Of a DNA stretch of 64,000 nucleotides, positions 22,684 through 35,273 are shown piece by piece. The translations under genes and the position numbers were made by a program. The notes under the pieces are model-generated. The model searched no databases. It was not told where the DNA came from and was given only the letters and a program-made list of their open reading frames with translations. Source of the DNA: Patellaria atrata CBS 101060 (lineage: Eukaryota). Positions within the stretch are counted from its first letter, which is position 1; each line of letters starts with the position of its first letter. The stretch lies in the NCBI GenBank assembly GCA_010093705.1, contig MU006090.1, forward strand, positions 372,001 to 436,000, written 5' to 3'.

Positions 22684-25600
22684 ATGTTCGGTGCTCCCCA
22701 CCCTCGTACTCACATATGCGGCCTCTACTATATCCTTCCCAGCCCTAACTATTACCAACCACAACGACATTACCTCCCCCTTCTCTCCCTTAAATCCCAT
22801 ACCACCATCCTCTCCAACACCTCCCGCACAACCCTCACCCAAACCTTCGCCAACCCTTCTTCCACCAAGGCCATCAAGCAGCTACGCTACACGTTTCCCC
22901 TCTACGATGGCGTCAGCGTCGTCAGCTTCGTCTGCCACATCGGCTCCCGCGTCATTAGAGGCGTAGTCAAGGAAGCGGAAAAAGCTAAATCCGATTTCAA
23001 TGAAGCGGTGGAGAGGGGCGAGACGGCCGGGTTGCTAGAACAGCTCCCCGACGCCGCGGACGTATTCACGACGACCGTAGGGAATGTCCCAGCCGGTGCA
23101 ACGGTGGTGGTCGAGATCACGTATCTGGGGGAGCTGAAGCATGATTCTGAGGTCAATGGGATCAGATTTACGATCCCAACGGCAATCGCGCCGCGCTATG
23201 GCAGCTACCCGGGCTCGTTGAGCGATGGTAGAGGTCTGGAAGCGGCGGCGAAGGGTGGTATCGAGATCACGGTGGATGCGAAGATGGCGCCTGGTGCTTT
23301 CGTGAAGAAGTTGCAGTCCCCGACTCATCCCATTGCTGTATCCATGGGTACGCTATCATCGGCGCCAGACGCAGACCCGGAGATGCATCAAGCGTCGGCG
23401 ACGCTGAGTCTGGGAACCACGGAGCTAGAAAAAGATTTCGTCCTGCAGCTCGTCACTAAGGAGACAGGGACCCCTCAAGCACTGCTGGAAACACATCCAC
23501 GGATCCCGAACCAGCGGGCCCTGATGGCGACGCTGGTACCGAGGTTTTCGTTGGAACAAACAAGGCCGGAGATCGTGTTCATCTGCGACAGAAGTGGGAG
23601 CATGGGGGGCAGGCGAATCTCGACGTTGATACCAGCACTAAAGGTGTTCCTCCGGTCCATGCCTCCGAATGGGGTGAAGTTTAACATCTGCTCGTTCGGG
23701 TCGAGGCACTCGTTCCTGTGGTCGAAGTCGAAAACGTACAGTCAGAAGACGCTGGATGAGGCGATAAAGCATGTTGATCGCTTTACTGCGGACTTTGGCG
23801 GGACGGAGATGATGGCGCCTATTAAGGCGACGATTGAGAATAGGTATGAAGATATACCGCTCGAGATTATGCTGTTGACGGACGGCGAGATCTGGGATCA
23901 GCAAACTTTGTTTGGATATTTGAATGGCCAGATTCAGGTGAGTAAGTCACCGATCAGACTGTTTACTTTGGGGATTGGCGAGGCAGTGTCTCATGCCCTG
24001 ATTGAAGGGCTTGCGAGAGCTGGAAATGGGTTCTCGCAGACGGTCGGTGATGGAGAGAAGATGGATAGTAAGGTCGTGAGAATGCTGAATGGGGCTTTGA
24101 CTCCACACATCGATAACTATACGATCGAGATCGAGTATAGTAACGAGGATAAGGTGGATGATGATGATGATGATTTTGAGATTATCGAGAAAGTGACAGA
24201 TTCTTTGAAGACGAATCTGGACATATCGGATAAGAAAACTCAATCAGAAAAGGTGTGTAATCATATTACTAGACCTGTTATGAACGGACTTCGCTAACTA
24301 ACGACTCAGCCAAAACAGACGATATCCCTCTTCGACACCTCCGCCGACCCCAATAAAGTCGAGCCACATTCATCCGGCGAGGATGGTCAAGGGAAATACA
24401 GCCACCTCCCACCCCTCTCTCCTCCAAAACTCCTGCAAGCACCACACAAAATGCCGTCCCTGTTCCCATTCACCCGAACGACAGTCTACCTCTTGTTAGG
24501 TCCAGATACAGCGCAAAGGACCCCCAAGTCTGTGCTCCTCAAAGGAACCTACGACAACAAGTCCTTGGAGCTCTCAATCCCAGTCGAAGTCCTATCGACG
24601 CTCAGCGAAACGATCCACCAACTCGCCGCCAAGAAAGCGATCCAGGAACTCGAAGAGGGCAGAGGCTGGCTCACCGAAGCGCGGACCGCAGACGGGAAAC
24701 TCATCAAGGAAGCGCTCGAAAGCCGCTTCGAAGACTTCGTTGAGCGCGAAGCCGTGCGTCTAGGCGTGCAGTACCAAGTCGGCGGCAAGTGGTGTTCGTT
24801 CGTCGCACTCGAGGCGAACGAGAAGGGAGATCGAGACAGCGATTCCAAGACCCTAGTCGAAGAGGAGGGATACCTCGACGAGCCCACCGAAGCCGAGCTC
24901 GAATCCAGTCACAATCAGGAACCAGGCCGCCTAAACCTTTTTGGCGGAGCGATGCAGAGCATAGGAGGCCATGGCCGTGGAGGCGGATTCAGCACCCGTG
25001 GAAGCGCATCGTTACCCTCGGCTCCGAGAGCAAGACTTTCCCGCTCCGCCGTCCCCCCTCCTCCTCCCCAAGCGTCCGCTGCGGCCTTCGGAGCTACTCC
25101 TGCGCTCCACGCGGCGGTCTGGGGTGCCCCTGAATCATGGAGCCTCCGGAGCCCGGCTCCGTCCGGCGCGGCTCAAGCACAGTTCAGCGCGAGTGCATTC
25201 CCCGGCTCTGCCGCACTCAGCAACACAGGATCGGTGCGAATGCGAGACCTAGACGAATCGGTCGACGCGTGCATGATCCCCGCCTCCGCCACCACAGCCA
25301 GCCTACCGCAGCCGAAAGCCGGCGGGCTGTTCGGCAACAGTAGTGCATTCAGGATGAAATCGTTCTTTTCGAAAGACTCGAAGAGGAAGAAGAGCGCCAA
25401 CACCGCTTCCGAGGGCGACACGCTGCCATCTAACCTCTTCGGCGGCATCATGAGCGCTGGGTCGTCTGAATCGTCGGGGTTGACACCACCGGCGCTCAGC
25501 GACGACGAGAAGACGAGAGAGATCATCGCGCTGCAGGCGTTCGATGGCGCGTTTGCGTGGTCTGAGACGCTATTTCGCGTCATTGGGGTTGAGCGGGGGG

Positions 25601-25812
25601 ATGTGGAGAGGGTGTTTGCGGGTGTGGATCGTGTGGGGGGTCGGGAGGGGGTGTGGGCGACTGTGCTTGCGGTCGTGTTTTTAGAGAGGAGGTTGCCTGA
25701 TCAGGAGGAGGATTGGGTTTTGGTTGTTGGGAAGGCGAGGAGGTGGTTGGAGGCGAATTGTGAGGAGGGGGTTAGGGGGGAGTTGGAGAAGGCGGCGGAG
25801 GGGCTGGTTTAG
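22684..25812 (+). CDS. VIT + von Willebrand factor A domain protein (VWA5A-like); intron 24253-24309
   Basis: VIT region (TTLTQTFANP, YTFPLYDG, GLLEQLP), MIDAS-like FICDRSGSM, LLTDGEIW, FTLGIG, and C-terminal ALQAFDGAF/WATVLAVVFL helical domain. Confidence 0.9.
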
Positions 25813-27039
25813 GGTTTTTGATGGGTTCGGGATAGGGGGTGGGAAAAGGGGTTATGGTATGTGTTTTTGGGTAGTTAGTGTGTCATTTGCACTATATTGC
25901 GTTGCTTATTTACTGTCACGGAACTTTCGTACTGGGTTCGAGCTACTCTGTATAGGGGATCAAAAAAATTGTGGAAAGAAATCTTAGTTTACATAGGACC
26001 TACCTTAGCGTTATAGAATTAGTTTCTGTACGCTCGATCTCATTACAGTTCCATCTCCTTGTATGGAAATTGTCGAGCATGTAAGAATGAACCACAGATT
26101 ATACCTAGGACATGACCGTACAGACGATAGAGATGTTCATAATGCTGAATCAGCAGTCTCACAGTGGTCGTTCGGCAAGGATCCAAAGTTGGGGAATACC
26201 AACCGCGAAGGAGGAGTTATTCAATACCGAGTTATAGAGATAGGCATGAAACCGAATATATTGATCAAATAGCTTGTCATTTGCTCGATAGTGAATATGT
26301 ATATCATTTGAAAGTTCTCAAGAAATTTTAAATCCTCACATTACATATATACTCCTTTAACTCCTGCCCGTGACACTTCCCAGTTGGCTGTCACCTTATG
26401 AAACCGTAAGATGGAAATCTACTAAGGGAAGTCTTTCATGCCCTTATCTTTAGGGTTCTTGGTGCTCAGTTCCTGAACGCAGCCGTTTTCCTCGCGATTA
26501 CCCAGTGCTACTTTTTACACCGTGGTTGCCAGCACTCCGTATAGTGTGATTCTGGATTATACCTCTTGTTTTTAGAATGGTTATGATATCTAGAACCTAG
26601 CAGTGCTATGTTTCCTCATACGAATACCGGGGATCGTTGCTAGGGAAGCTAGCACATCAAGGGAGTAATGGCACGGTGCTTCTGGAAGTGTTTAGAGTGT
26701 CCTTCCGTTGCCGCTCCCCATTAATTGTGACGATGGGACCGAGACATCCTCAACTTTCCTCGGCTCTCCTATAATTGCCGCTTTCTTTGGTGATTCTTCT
26801 TCTTCTTGCTAACAGTCCCAACCCACTATAGAGACTCGAGAGATAATTCTTCCTGCTCGGTTTCCTCTCTGATTTTGATATCACCACCAACTCATCTTTT
26901 GTGGACCGAAGAAGGCGAATCTATTCTTCGAAACTGGAACTGGACTTCTCCATTTTCATCTTCAGCTCTCGTACTTGCTAAGGTCGGTGGTGGTCATCCT
27001 TCTATCTCTTCTAAATACTCGAGGGATAAATCCTCTTTT

Positions 27040-29932
27040 TAGAGGCATAACTCCAGGATCTTCTTCACCTCCCTCTCCGTCAAGCTGCTATCTTCAGACA
27101 TGGATTCAATATGAGACTCAATAGGAGACTCCCTCTTCTCCCAGAGCTCAACTACCCCGAGCTCAGATACAGTTACAAGAAGTTTACCATTAGCGGAGAA
27201 CGTGGCTACAAAATAGTTATCTTTAGAGCCGAGGTAGCTGGAAAGCGAAATACTCCGTCCAGTTCTCAGATTGTATGCCTCAGTAGTAACTTTATCCTCA
27301 GAGATAAAAACTAGTTGTTCACCGTCCGGGGAAAATTCCCATTTCTTCCGCGAGGGACAACTCCGTACTTTACGGGAAGTCCCTGAAGCTAAGTCCTAGA
27401 CTTTGAGCGTACCATCACCCCACGCAATTGATGCAAGTATTCCAGAACTCCAATCAGGCGAGAATAGCACTTTCCAAATGGGCGGGCGACCATGCTCCAA
27501 GGGTTCCTTAAGGATAGTACGGACTATCCTAGTAGAAGAGTCCCAGATCTTAATTTCCCCGTTATCTAACCTAGGCACAAGTACGTGTTGAGACGTCCCA
27601 AAGTCAGATTTCTCCGCACGATCCACCGGCAATTAGATTATCTTGTGGTAAAAAGACTACATAGGTGACGCCCATGCTGTGACCCTTAAGCGTAGTCCAT
27701 TCTTCACATTTGGCCCAGTCATATAGTTCCAAGCAATCATCGTGTATGAATGCCGCTAGTTTGTCGTTAGGTGAGAATGCGAAACCTTCAAGTTTCATCT
27801 TTGTCGTAGCAATAATATCAGATCCAGTACCCAAGTGCCAAAGATGAGTGTTTTTGCGGTATCCGCTCAATGCAAGGAACTTGTTGTCAAATGAAAACGC
27901 AACTGTCGAATGATAATCTTGCTTGGACTTGAGTGTATTAATGATAGTACCTGTTGCTAAATCCCAGACCGTGACCCTTGAGTCTTCTGATACGGCTGCG
28001 AGCAAGGTACTGTCGGGTGAGATAGTTAGAAGCATACGGTTGGCACCACTCCCTTTCACTTTCAGTGTACGTACTAGCTTCCAAAATGCCTTTGTATCCG
28101 ACATTCCTTCTAACGGTTGGTCTTGCATGTTAGCGCTCTCAGATGGAATTCTCGACATCGGACATCACCGTCAGATGGCTCAGACGTAGGGGCTGACTCA
28201 TGAGGATTGCGATTAGTAGGTACAGCATGAGCTGAACTTAGTGATGACGCGGAGGGCACATCAACAGTCTGCTGTATTTGGATGGTCTTATTTTCCGACG
28301 GCAAACTGAGGCTCTCTGCTGTTCCCCGCGAGTTAACGGTGTCGTGATACTGCGGTGCCAGGATTCCGTCGGATTTACTCGAGCATGATTCCGGAGTTCG
28401 CGGTTCCCTCATATGCCCATCTCCTGATGAGGAATTAGGATAGGATCTGGAATTCGACCATGGTGCGGTAATTCGATATCCATTGTCGAGTCAAGATGAG
28501 ATAAAAGCTCGTCATCCGCTCCGAGGTTCTGGGCTAAGCCACTCCACTCCAAAGGCCCAGCTTGCACCGTTGATGTCTCAGCACATGCGACCAAAGGTGC
28601 GTCCGAGGAGACCGTATCTCTCGGGGACTCGTGCATAATCCAAGGCTCTTTCAAAGCATCGTGAGCAAGTAATCATCCCGTCGGTTCAGGGATCAGCAAA
28701 AGTTTCACAAATTCTATGCCCTCTTCTCCCATTTTACGGTTAAGGGCTTTGTCAGGAAATGAGTGTTCACCCAAGCAAAACTTATGGAGGTAATATTGTT
28801 TCGGGAACGGTATTTTTCCAACTGTCATGTACTACACGACACATCTTAGAGACTAAATATCGACGGCAACACTGTATCCTGAAGATTCACTGTCTCACTC
28901 GAGGAAGTCGCGAATTTCTGAAGCTTGAAAATTTGGAGTACCAATATTGGTATGGAAAGAGGTTTCATCGTTTAGAACTCTCTTTGAGATTCCGAAATCA
29001 CCGATTTTAAACCACCACCTTGAAGATTGTGGCGGCTTTTGGACGATAAATATGTCCTTTATTGAGCTAAAACTTCTGTTAGCTTATTATTCTCTTAATT
29101 AACCATCCGTCCCTCCACCTTCTTAGCACTCGTCGGTTGCTGTACACTTTCTATGCTCTGCTCGTTGGACACTCAAATCGATATTTCGATAGCTCTTCAC
29201 GTACATGTATGATGTATGCATTATACGGCTTTAGATGCCATTGAATAGTCTGATTTAGTGTACAGCGGAGGGGGAAGCCGTTTTAGAGCAAGGGTACAGC
29301 AATCTAGAAGTAGCTCTTGTATTGAGCATTAAGAAAAAAAACCTGATTGCTCACCTGGAGTTTAAGATCACGATGAGCAAAGCCTTCTGCATGCATTATG
29401 GCTAATCCATCTAGTACATTCGTCGTTATCTGTCTGGCTTCATCTTCGGTAGATATAGCGTGGATATGGTGAGATAAGTCGCCATTTTCTAGATATTCCA
29501 TTACCAGGAATATATCTCGGTCGGTTTCAACCCAACCAAAAAAGGAGACAAATGCCTTTGCTTGTTGGTACTGGCCCTTATTAGCATAGACTCGAGTACT
29601 TCGACCCACTGGACTATGAGTACACACCTCATTCCTTAGAGAACTAAGCTAATGCTAACAGTTCCTTCTTGAAATCGACATTCTGATATTTCACCAGCCA
29701 TTTATTGATGACTTTTACAGCTCTTACTTCTTGATGCACACTCGAGTGACGATGTAACTCCTTCCAGACCTGACCAAAAGTATCCGCGCCGATACACTCT
29801 CCTCGATCTCATTTCTTCTCGATCCTCTCTCGCACACCGCGAGATCGATCAACTATATTTGAGATGTATCGTATGCTCGGGGAGCACTTGTGCTTCCATT
29901 CAAAAATGGTCTAGAAGATCTTGACTCATCAT
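27040..29932 (-). pseudogene. Disrupted Ser/Thr kinase + WD40-repeat gene
   Basis: Kinase motifs (GADTFGQVW, RAVKVI, FLVMEY, HRDLK, KIGDFGISKR at ~28991-29005, DI*SL) are followed by WD40 repeats (ISPDSTLLAA..VTVWD, FSPND, GEI*LWD, LKV*D). Many in-frame stops and at least one frameshift. Confidence 0.85.
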
Positions 29933-30825
29933 ATCTTTAGACATAGCAGCGATAGACGTAACGAAGCGTAGATAGTCTATGATTTGACGAGCACGATTTC
30001 GACGACTCTAGCTGGACAATAGGATCAATACATTGTCGGGTCGGTCTTAGACGAAGCTCTTTGGGGTAAGACTGAAACGACTCACATTCCGTACCGTAAA
30101 TGGATGCTCACAAGTTCCTTAGGGTCAAGGGAAAGGGTAATATAGTAATACCCAGTCATTAAGAGTAGTATGAAGGGGGAGTAGTTGAACCAACGGGTAC
30201 CTGATCCCAATAAAAGCATGAGAGATTTCGGTAGATGCCCCTCATCAGTATAACCGCGAGCCTCGTCCAGTAGAAATACCATGTCTATCGGTTAGATTTT
30301 CAGCTCATGCAATGGAGCTGGCCCTCCTAGAAGAACGTACAGTAGACCGTTCCGTACATCAACCTCGAGTTACACGCTTCTTGAAGTGTCTTTTTCTGTC
30401 TCTGTCATTGCTAGCAGAGGTATAATCCTTACAAAGTACTATGGTTCTGATACTTCTGAACCTGACTGCGTTCTTTCTAACGTATCTTGTACAGTTCGAC
30501 ACTGTACCATACTATACCTGCGCTTGTACAGTACAGTACGAAGCATACTTGGGACGCCAAACAAATACACAGATCATTCTCATCTCGAATGCTTTCCCAT
30601 TAAACACTTTCATACAGTAACTTCACTGAAAGTTGTCCTCATGTCGTGGTTTTCAGCTATCACGCTTCTACCTTATGGTGCCGGTCGAACACTCGAACTA
30701 AAAAGTACGAGAAGCGACCTTTTGCTCTTACAACCAATCAGCGCTGAGTCCTACCTTGATTTCTAGCGTCTTACTATCCATCATCTCTGAAAGTCGCTCC
30801 ATGTCATAACCTGACAGCTGCAATA

Positions 30826-31569
30826 ATGGAGGCGACCGACTATGCTGAAATACCAGAGGTCACCATCCTCCTACTTGGTGACTCTGAGGTCGGTAAGTCT
30901 ACGTTCCTCTCGTAAGCTCCCGCGCGTGAACTTCAACCATTATGTCCCGAAAAAGCAAAAGCAACTTCCCAGTGCCGCTCTGTACCGATTCATTTCCAGC
31001 TAATACCTCGTTCTCTTAGTCGGCTTACCTTGGGCGTGAACTCTCACGACCTTGACGAACCCCTACCACCATATTCCCTCCCTCTTCTCCGCGATCTTGA
31101 CCAGCCCTTCATCTTCGACATCCGTCTCTTCAACCGGCCCTACCGTTTCCGCTTCTTCGATACTGCATCACCGACAAACTATACACTTCTGCACCCCGAC
31201 TTCGTGGTCCTATGCTTCGACATCGGACGACAGGAGACGTTGGAGAGTTGCAAGGAACGATGGTACAAAATGGTTGAGATGCAATTTAACGTCGACGAGA
31301 AGGCACCAGTCATGTTGCTTGGGCTGAAGAGGGACCTCAGGACTGGGTGGAGGGATGGGGATGGGGATGATGGAGGTATGAAAGAGGGGGTGGTACCTCA
31401 GCTAGGATTGAGGGTTGCGCAAGAGATGAGATGCGATCGATATGCGGAGTGTAGCGCTTTGACAGGGGAGTTATGCAGCCAGGTGCTTGAGGATGTTGCG
31501 AGAACGGCGGCTAGAACGACGACTGAAAAAGGAGGGAGGACTGAGGGTACAACGTGTTCGGTTATGTAG
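30826..31569 (+). CDS. Atypical Rho-like small GTPase; exons 30826-30911, 31020-31569
   Basis: P-loop LLLGDSEVGKST, DTAS (G3-like), LLGLKRDLR (G4), ECSA (G5), C-terminal CAAX CSVM. Confidence 0.88.
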
Positions 31570-31727
31570 AGGGTTGATATTTCGAAGTAAGTTTTGGACC
31601 TCAGTGAGAATTAATAGTAAGTAATACATCTCATGCATTTAGATGCTTTCTAACACTTCCTAGGGATGTTACGTTTGTATAGTAATTTAGTAGTACTGCA
31701 AAATTTTCATAAGTCAACTCTTTAGTG

Positions 31728-32495
31728 CTACAATTTCTCCTCTTTGTTTCCGTATTCGTACATAAACTTCCAAATATCCCTGATAACAATCTTCGCCTCT
31801 CCCAGTACTTTCTTACTCCATTCAGTGTTATTAACAATTTCCAACACTTCTTTTGGAACTTCCGTACTATCAATCTCATGAATCGCTAGATACCGAGGGT
31901 GATTTGATGTGCCGTCCGGATCAATAAGCTTATACCGCGTCGAACGACGACAAATAGGCAACATGCTCAGCATGTCAAGATGCTAACCCGCAAAACAAGA
32001 ACGTCAGCTTTCAACTATTCATGTACAACTCATCCAGGTTACGCAAAGACATATGGCACCTACCTGCTTCCTATACCATTCGTCCAACTCCTCATCCCCT
32101 CCCTCTGCAGGCTCCAAATGCACAATAACTACCGCCTTTGGCCTCCCATCTTTTAGATCAACCCCCTCCAACTCCTGAATCTTCACATAAACCCTCAGCT
32201 CCGCATCCACCTCCTTAGAAAACTCCCCAGATTCCCCAAGCAGCTCATGAGTCATCGGGATGGTCTTGGGGCCGTCGGTCTGCAGGTATCCGAGGTCTTC
32301 AAGGGGGTATAGCGCCAGATAGGGAAAGGCGGCGGAGGGATCTATATGTTTGAAACGGAGGCCGAGGGTAGGTGCGCCCGGGGGAGATAACACGTCTTTG
32401 AGATGCACGGTGTCGTACCACTCATTGAAGTTTGAGTGGGAGAGGGAGGGTTTGGGAGAGGTGAGGACGTAGAGGAGGGCTGATGGGGAAGACAT
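31728..32495 (-). CDS. EthD-like dimeric alpha/beta-barrel protein; exons 32495-32064, 31982-31728
   Basis: Two repeats of the 'FNEWYDTVHL' / 'LDEWYRKQHL' motif, each followed by YLALY/YLAIHE. Confidence 0.75.
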
Positions 32496-33269
32496 TCTGG
32501 CTTTCAAAGCTTCAAGGCAGGAATCCTTTTCTTTTTTTTACAAAAAAAATTAAATTAAATAACTATGTTAACCAATACGCAGATAACTGTGTTTAAATAC
32601 TTATACTTCTATCTACAAGTCGTGGAAAGAATTACCTTTGATGACCAACAACACAGTGGGACTCCGCAATCTGTAAGCACGTAGGAGGACAACAGTACAG
32701 TATTTCAAATACGAGCGGAATTCCGGGATACATTTGAAAGGAGATCGAAATTATACTTGTACAGTACAATGTCTAAATCCGTGTCAGTTGAGAAATGCTA
32801 GAACCCGATCGACACTATACCTCACCCAAAAAGCCATCCTCTCTTCTGGACAGAACGTCCATATCGGCATCCCACCTTAGCGTCGACCTATCTAGGAGAT
32901 GTAGTATGTGGTAGTACTACAAATTCAATAAAACAACTTGTTTATCCACCAGTGAGCGCCGTCTTCGTCCGATTTCATCTCTTCCCATTCAATCTCGACA
33001 ATCTATGACGAGCTTGAGGACACGATCACGGCAACACGTCATATCAAACATTCCACGACAGACAATCCGAAGTGGACTAGAAAACGAGAGGAATGCAAGC
33101 ACTGACCTACGTTTGTGATATTTAAGACTGGATGAGTCCCGTACAGAGAGGAACCATACAACCATCTCTCAATCTCACGACACTCAAAAAGTCTCGCACA
33201 ATAAGACCAGTAAATCCTTAAACCCAAATATCCTACACATTATCACACTCAACCACGTAATCCAAAACA

Positions 33270-33569
33270 ATGTCTAGTGGAAACCATAAATCCAACACGG
33301 GCTCAACCGGCCAATCCCACTCGAGCGGAGGCAAATCAACCTCGATGACGCAATCCGATGCGTCCAGGATCCAATCCTCCCAAGTAAGTCTCAGTGATAG
33401 CTATTCATCTCCTTGTCTTTCGTTCTACTTCAGCGGAGAAAAGCTAATGTAACAGGCGCGCTCGGGCGGCGATATGTCGTCTTCCGGTTTTGCGTCCCGT
33501 GCTCAGAGTGCTGGGGATAGGAATGCGAATACTGGGATTAGCGAGGGACGGAACGCTGGTTCGAAGTAG
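33270..33569 (+). CDS. Small SMP/LEA-like hydrophilic protein; exons 33270-33383, 33456-33569
   Basis: Spliced product MTQSDASRIQSSQ-ARSGGDMSSSGFASRAQSAGDRNAN, the typical fungal seed-maturation-protein-like motif. Canonical intron (GTAAGT..GCTAAT..CAG). Confidence 0.82.
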
Positions 33570-35273
33570 TTGGACTTATGGGTCTAGTGACATTTTTGTT
33601 GGCTAGAGATGGGAGGGAATGAGGGGAGGTTTGAGAACAGATTGAGATTGGTAGTAGTCACTCTTTGAAATACTGATAAACATAGGTATCATGTTGTTCC
33701 CTTTTCGAAGACTATCATCGTGAGCTTGTCATCATCATCATAGTTGTCTCCTCTGTGCTTCTTTGTTAGTTTGGAGATATTCGAAGAGAGGTGCTTAGAA
33801 AGGGACATGTGGATTTAGGACGCAACGGACTGATAGCACACTCATAACGAAACGCACCATAAGCATAGGGATAGACATTCCAATTTAACTTGCGCATATA
33901 CTACATTTCTAATAACCATCGTAGTGCTACATCTACTACCAAAAGAGTGTCCAGTACATCATATGATATCCGACTTCCATCCGATACCATGCCCATCTTT
34001 CCCAACACCAAAAGCAAAGATAAATAACGACAAATAAAGCAGTATCAGTCCGGACTGAGTTGAACCAACTGTCAACTCTATCCCACTCTTATGCCATGCG
34101 GTGTCCCACTAGCGAAGCGTAGGTGTCTACTGAGGATACTCTTGAATATCAGGCTTCTTCATGACGACGCAGAATAGCCCACGTCCGCCTCTCTGGCGAA
34201 CAGTTTTGCCTATCCCAAAATTTAGTACTAAATAAAGTAGAATACGCACGTGAAAGAAAGGAAGGGGAGGGAAGGGAGATACATACGAGGCTTAGCGCTC
34301 TTCTCCGCCTTGATGTTGATAGTTCTGATGGCCATTTTAGAGTAACTAATGATATGCTTTCTCGTACTGTGTGAACGCTGAGTTGATTTGAGCTGAGTAA
34401 TTCGTATACGATTGGAATGTTTTGGTTTTCCTTGAGCGTAGTAAAAGAAAGAGGCAATTTGGTCAGGCATGGGATGGGATTGAATATATGGGGCCAGATA
34501 TTGCACGCCTTGGCAAAGGGGATGGTAGTACATATTGTTCTCGTCTGGTATTGTGTTTGCTTAATATTGTTCTTGAGAAAGAACATTCTGATTGGTTGAG
34601 GTGTAGGAATGCTGTTCTCTGAGTGGTTGATGGGAGAGTTCGCTTCGTATTGTTGTTTTTTGACAAAGAGGCCATCGACGACAACAACGAACTTAGTCCC
34701 AACGATGTCCTCGTGCAATATGATTAAGGTTTATACTCTGATTGTTGAGATATCAGCGGCTTTCTTTTGGTTCAATGCGTTGCGCCGTCGATGTCAGAAG
34801 TCAGTAATGGTAGTAGAAATCTCATCAGTGGCTGACGAGCGTGTACATATCTCAAACATATCGCCAAGCAACTTGGATGGATCCTATCATTGGAAGTAAA
34901 GAAGAGTATCTCTATGAAATTGAATCTCCCCTAGATTGACCACTAGAACTAACAGTCTGCTCGGCGTTGTTTAACCGCCGGAAATGGTAATATTCCCCGA
35001 AGACTCCATTTAAGTCGCATCGTCTCGAGAGTCGCTTTTGTAAAGCTAACAGCCTAAGCCATAGCCACTCCGCTCCTACGCTCTCAGCCTAGTTGAGTTA
35101 CATTTTTCTAATTAGCAATTGCATGCAAGTAGGCACCCGTACTGGAAAGAAGATAGTGGCAGTGGGTACCTTACCATTTGAGAATTGAATTCTCTCCGTG
35201 TCGACAGAGAGCCACGTATGGTACTTGAAACCATAACCAAGTCGAGTTTGAGATGTATAATGAACTCAAAGTC

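Noticed and set aside
27396..29811. Premature stops as A-to-I editing-restored codons
   Set aside because: Several lesions (CGA->TGA, P->L, P->S, a frameshift) cannot be repaired by A-to-I editing.
34149..34899. Cluster of overlapping ORFs up to 189 aa
   Set aside because: No domain signal or coding-like pattern; treated as intergenic.
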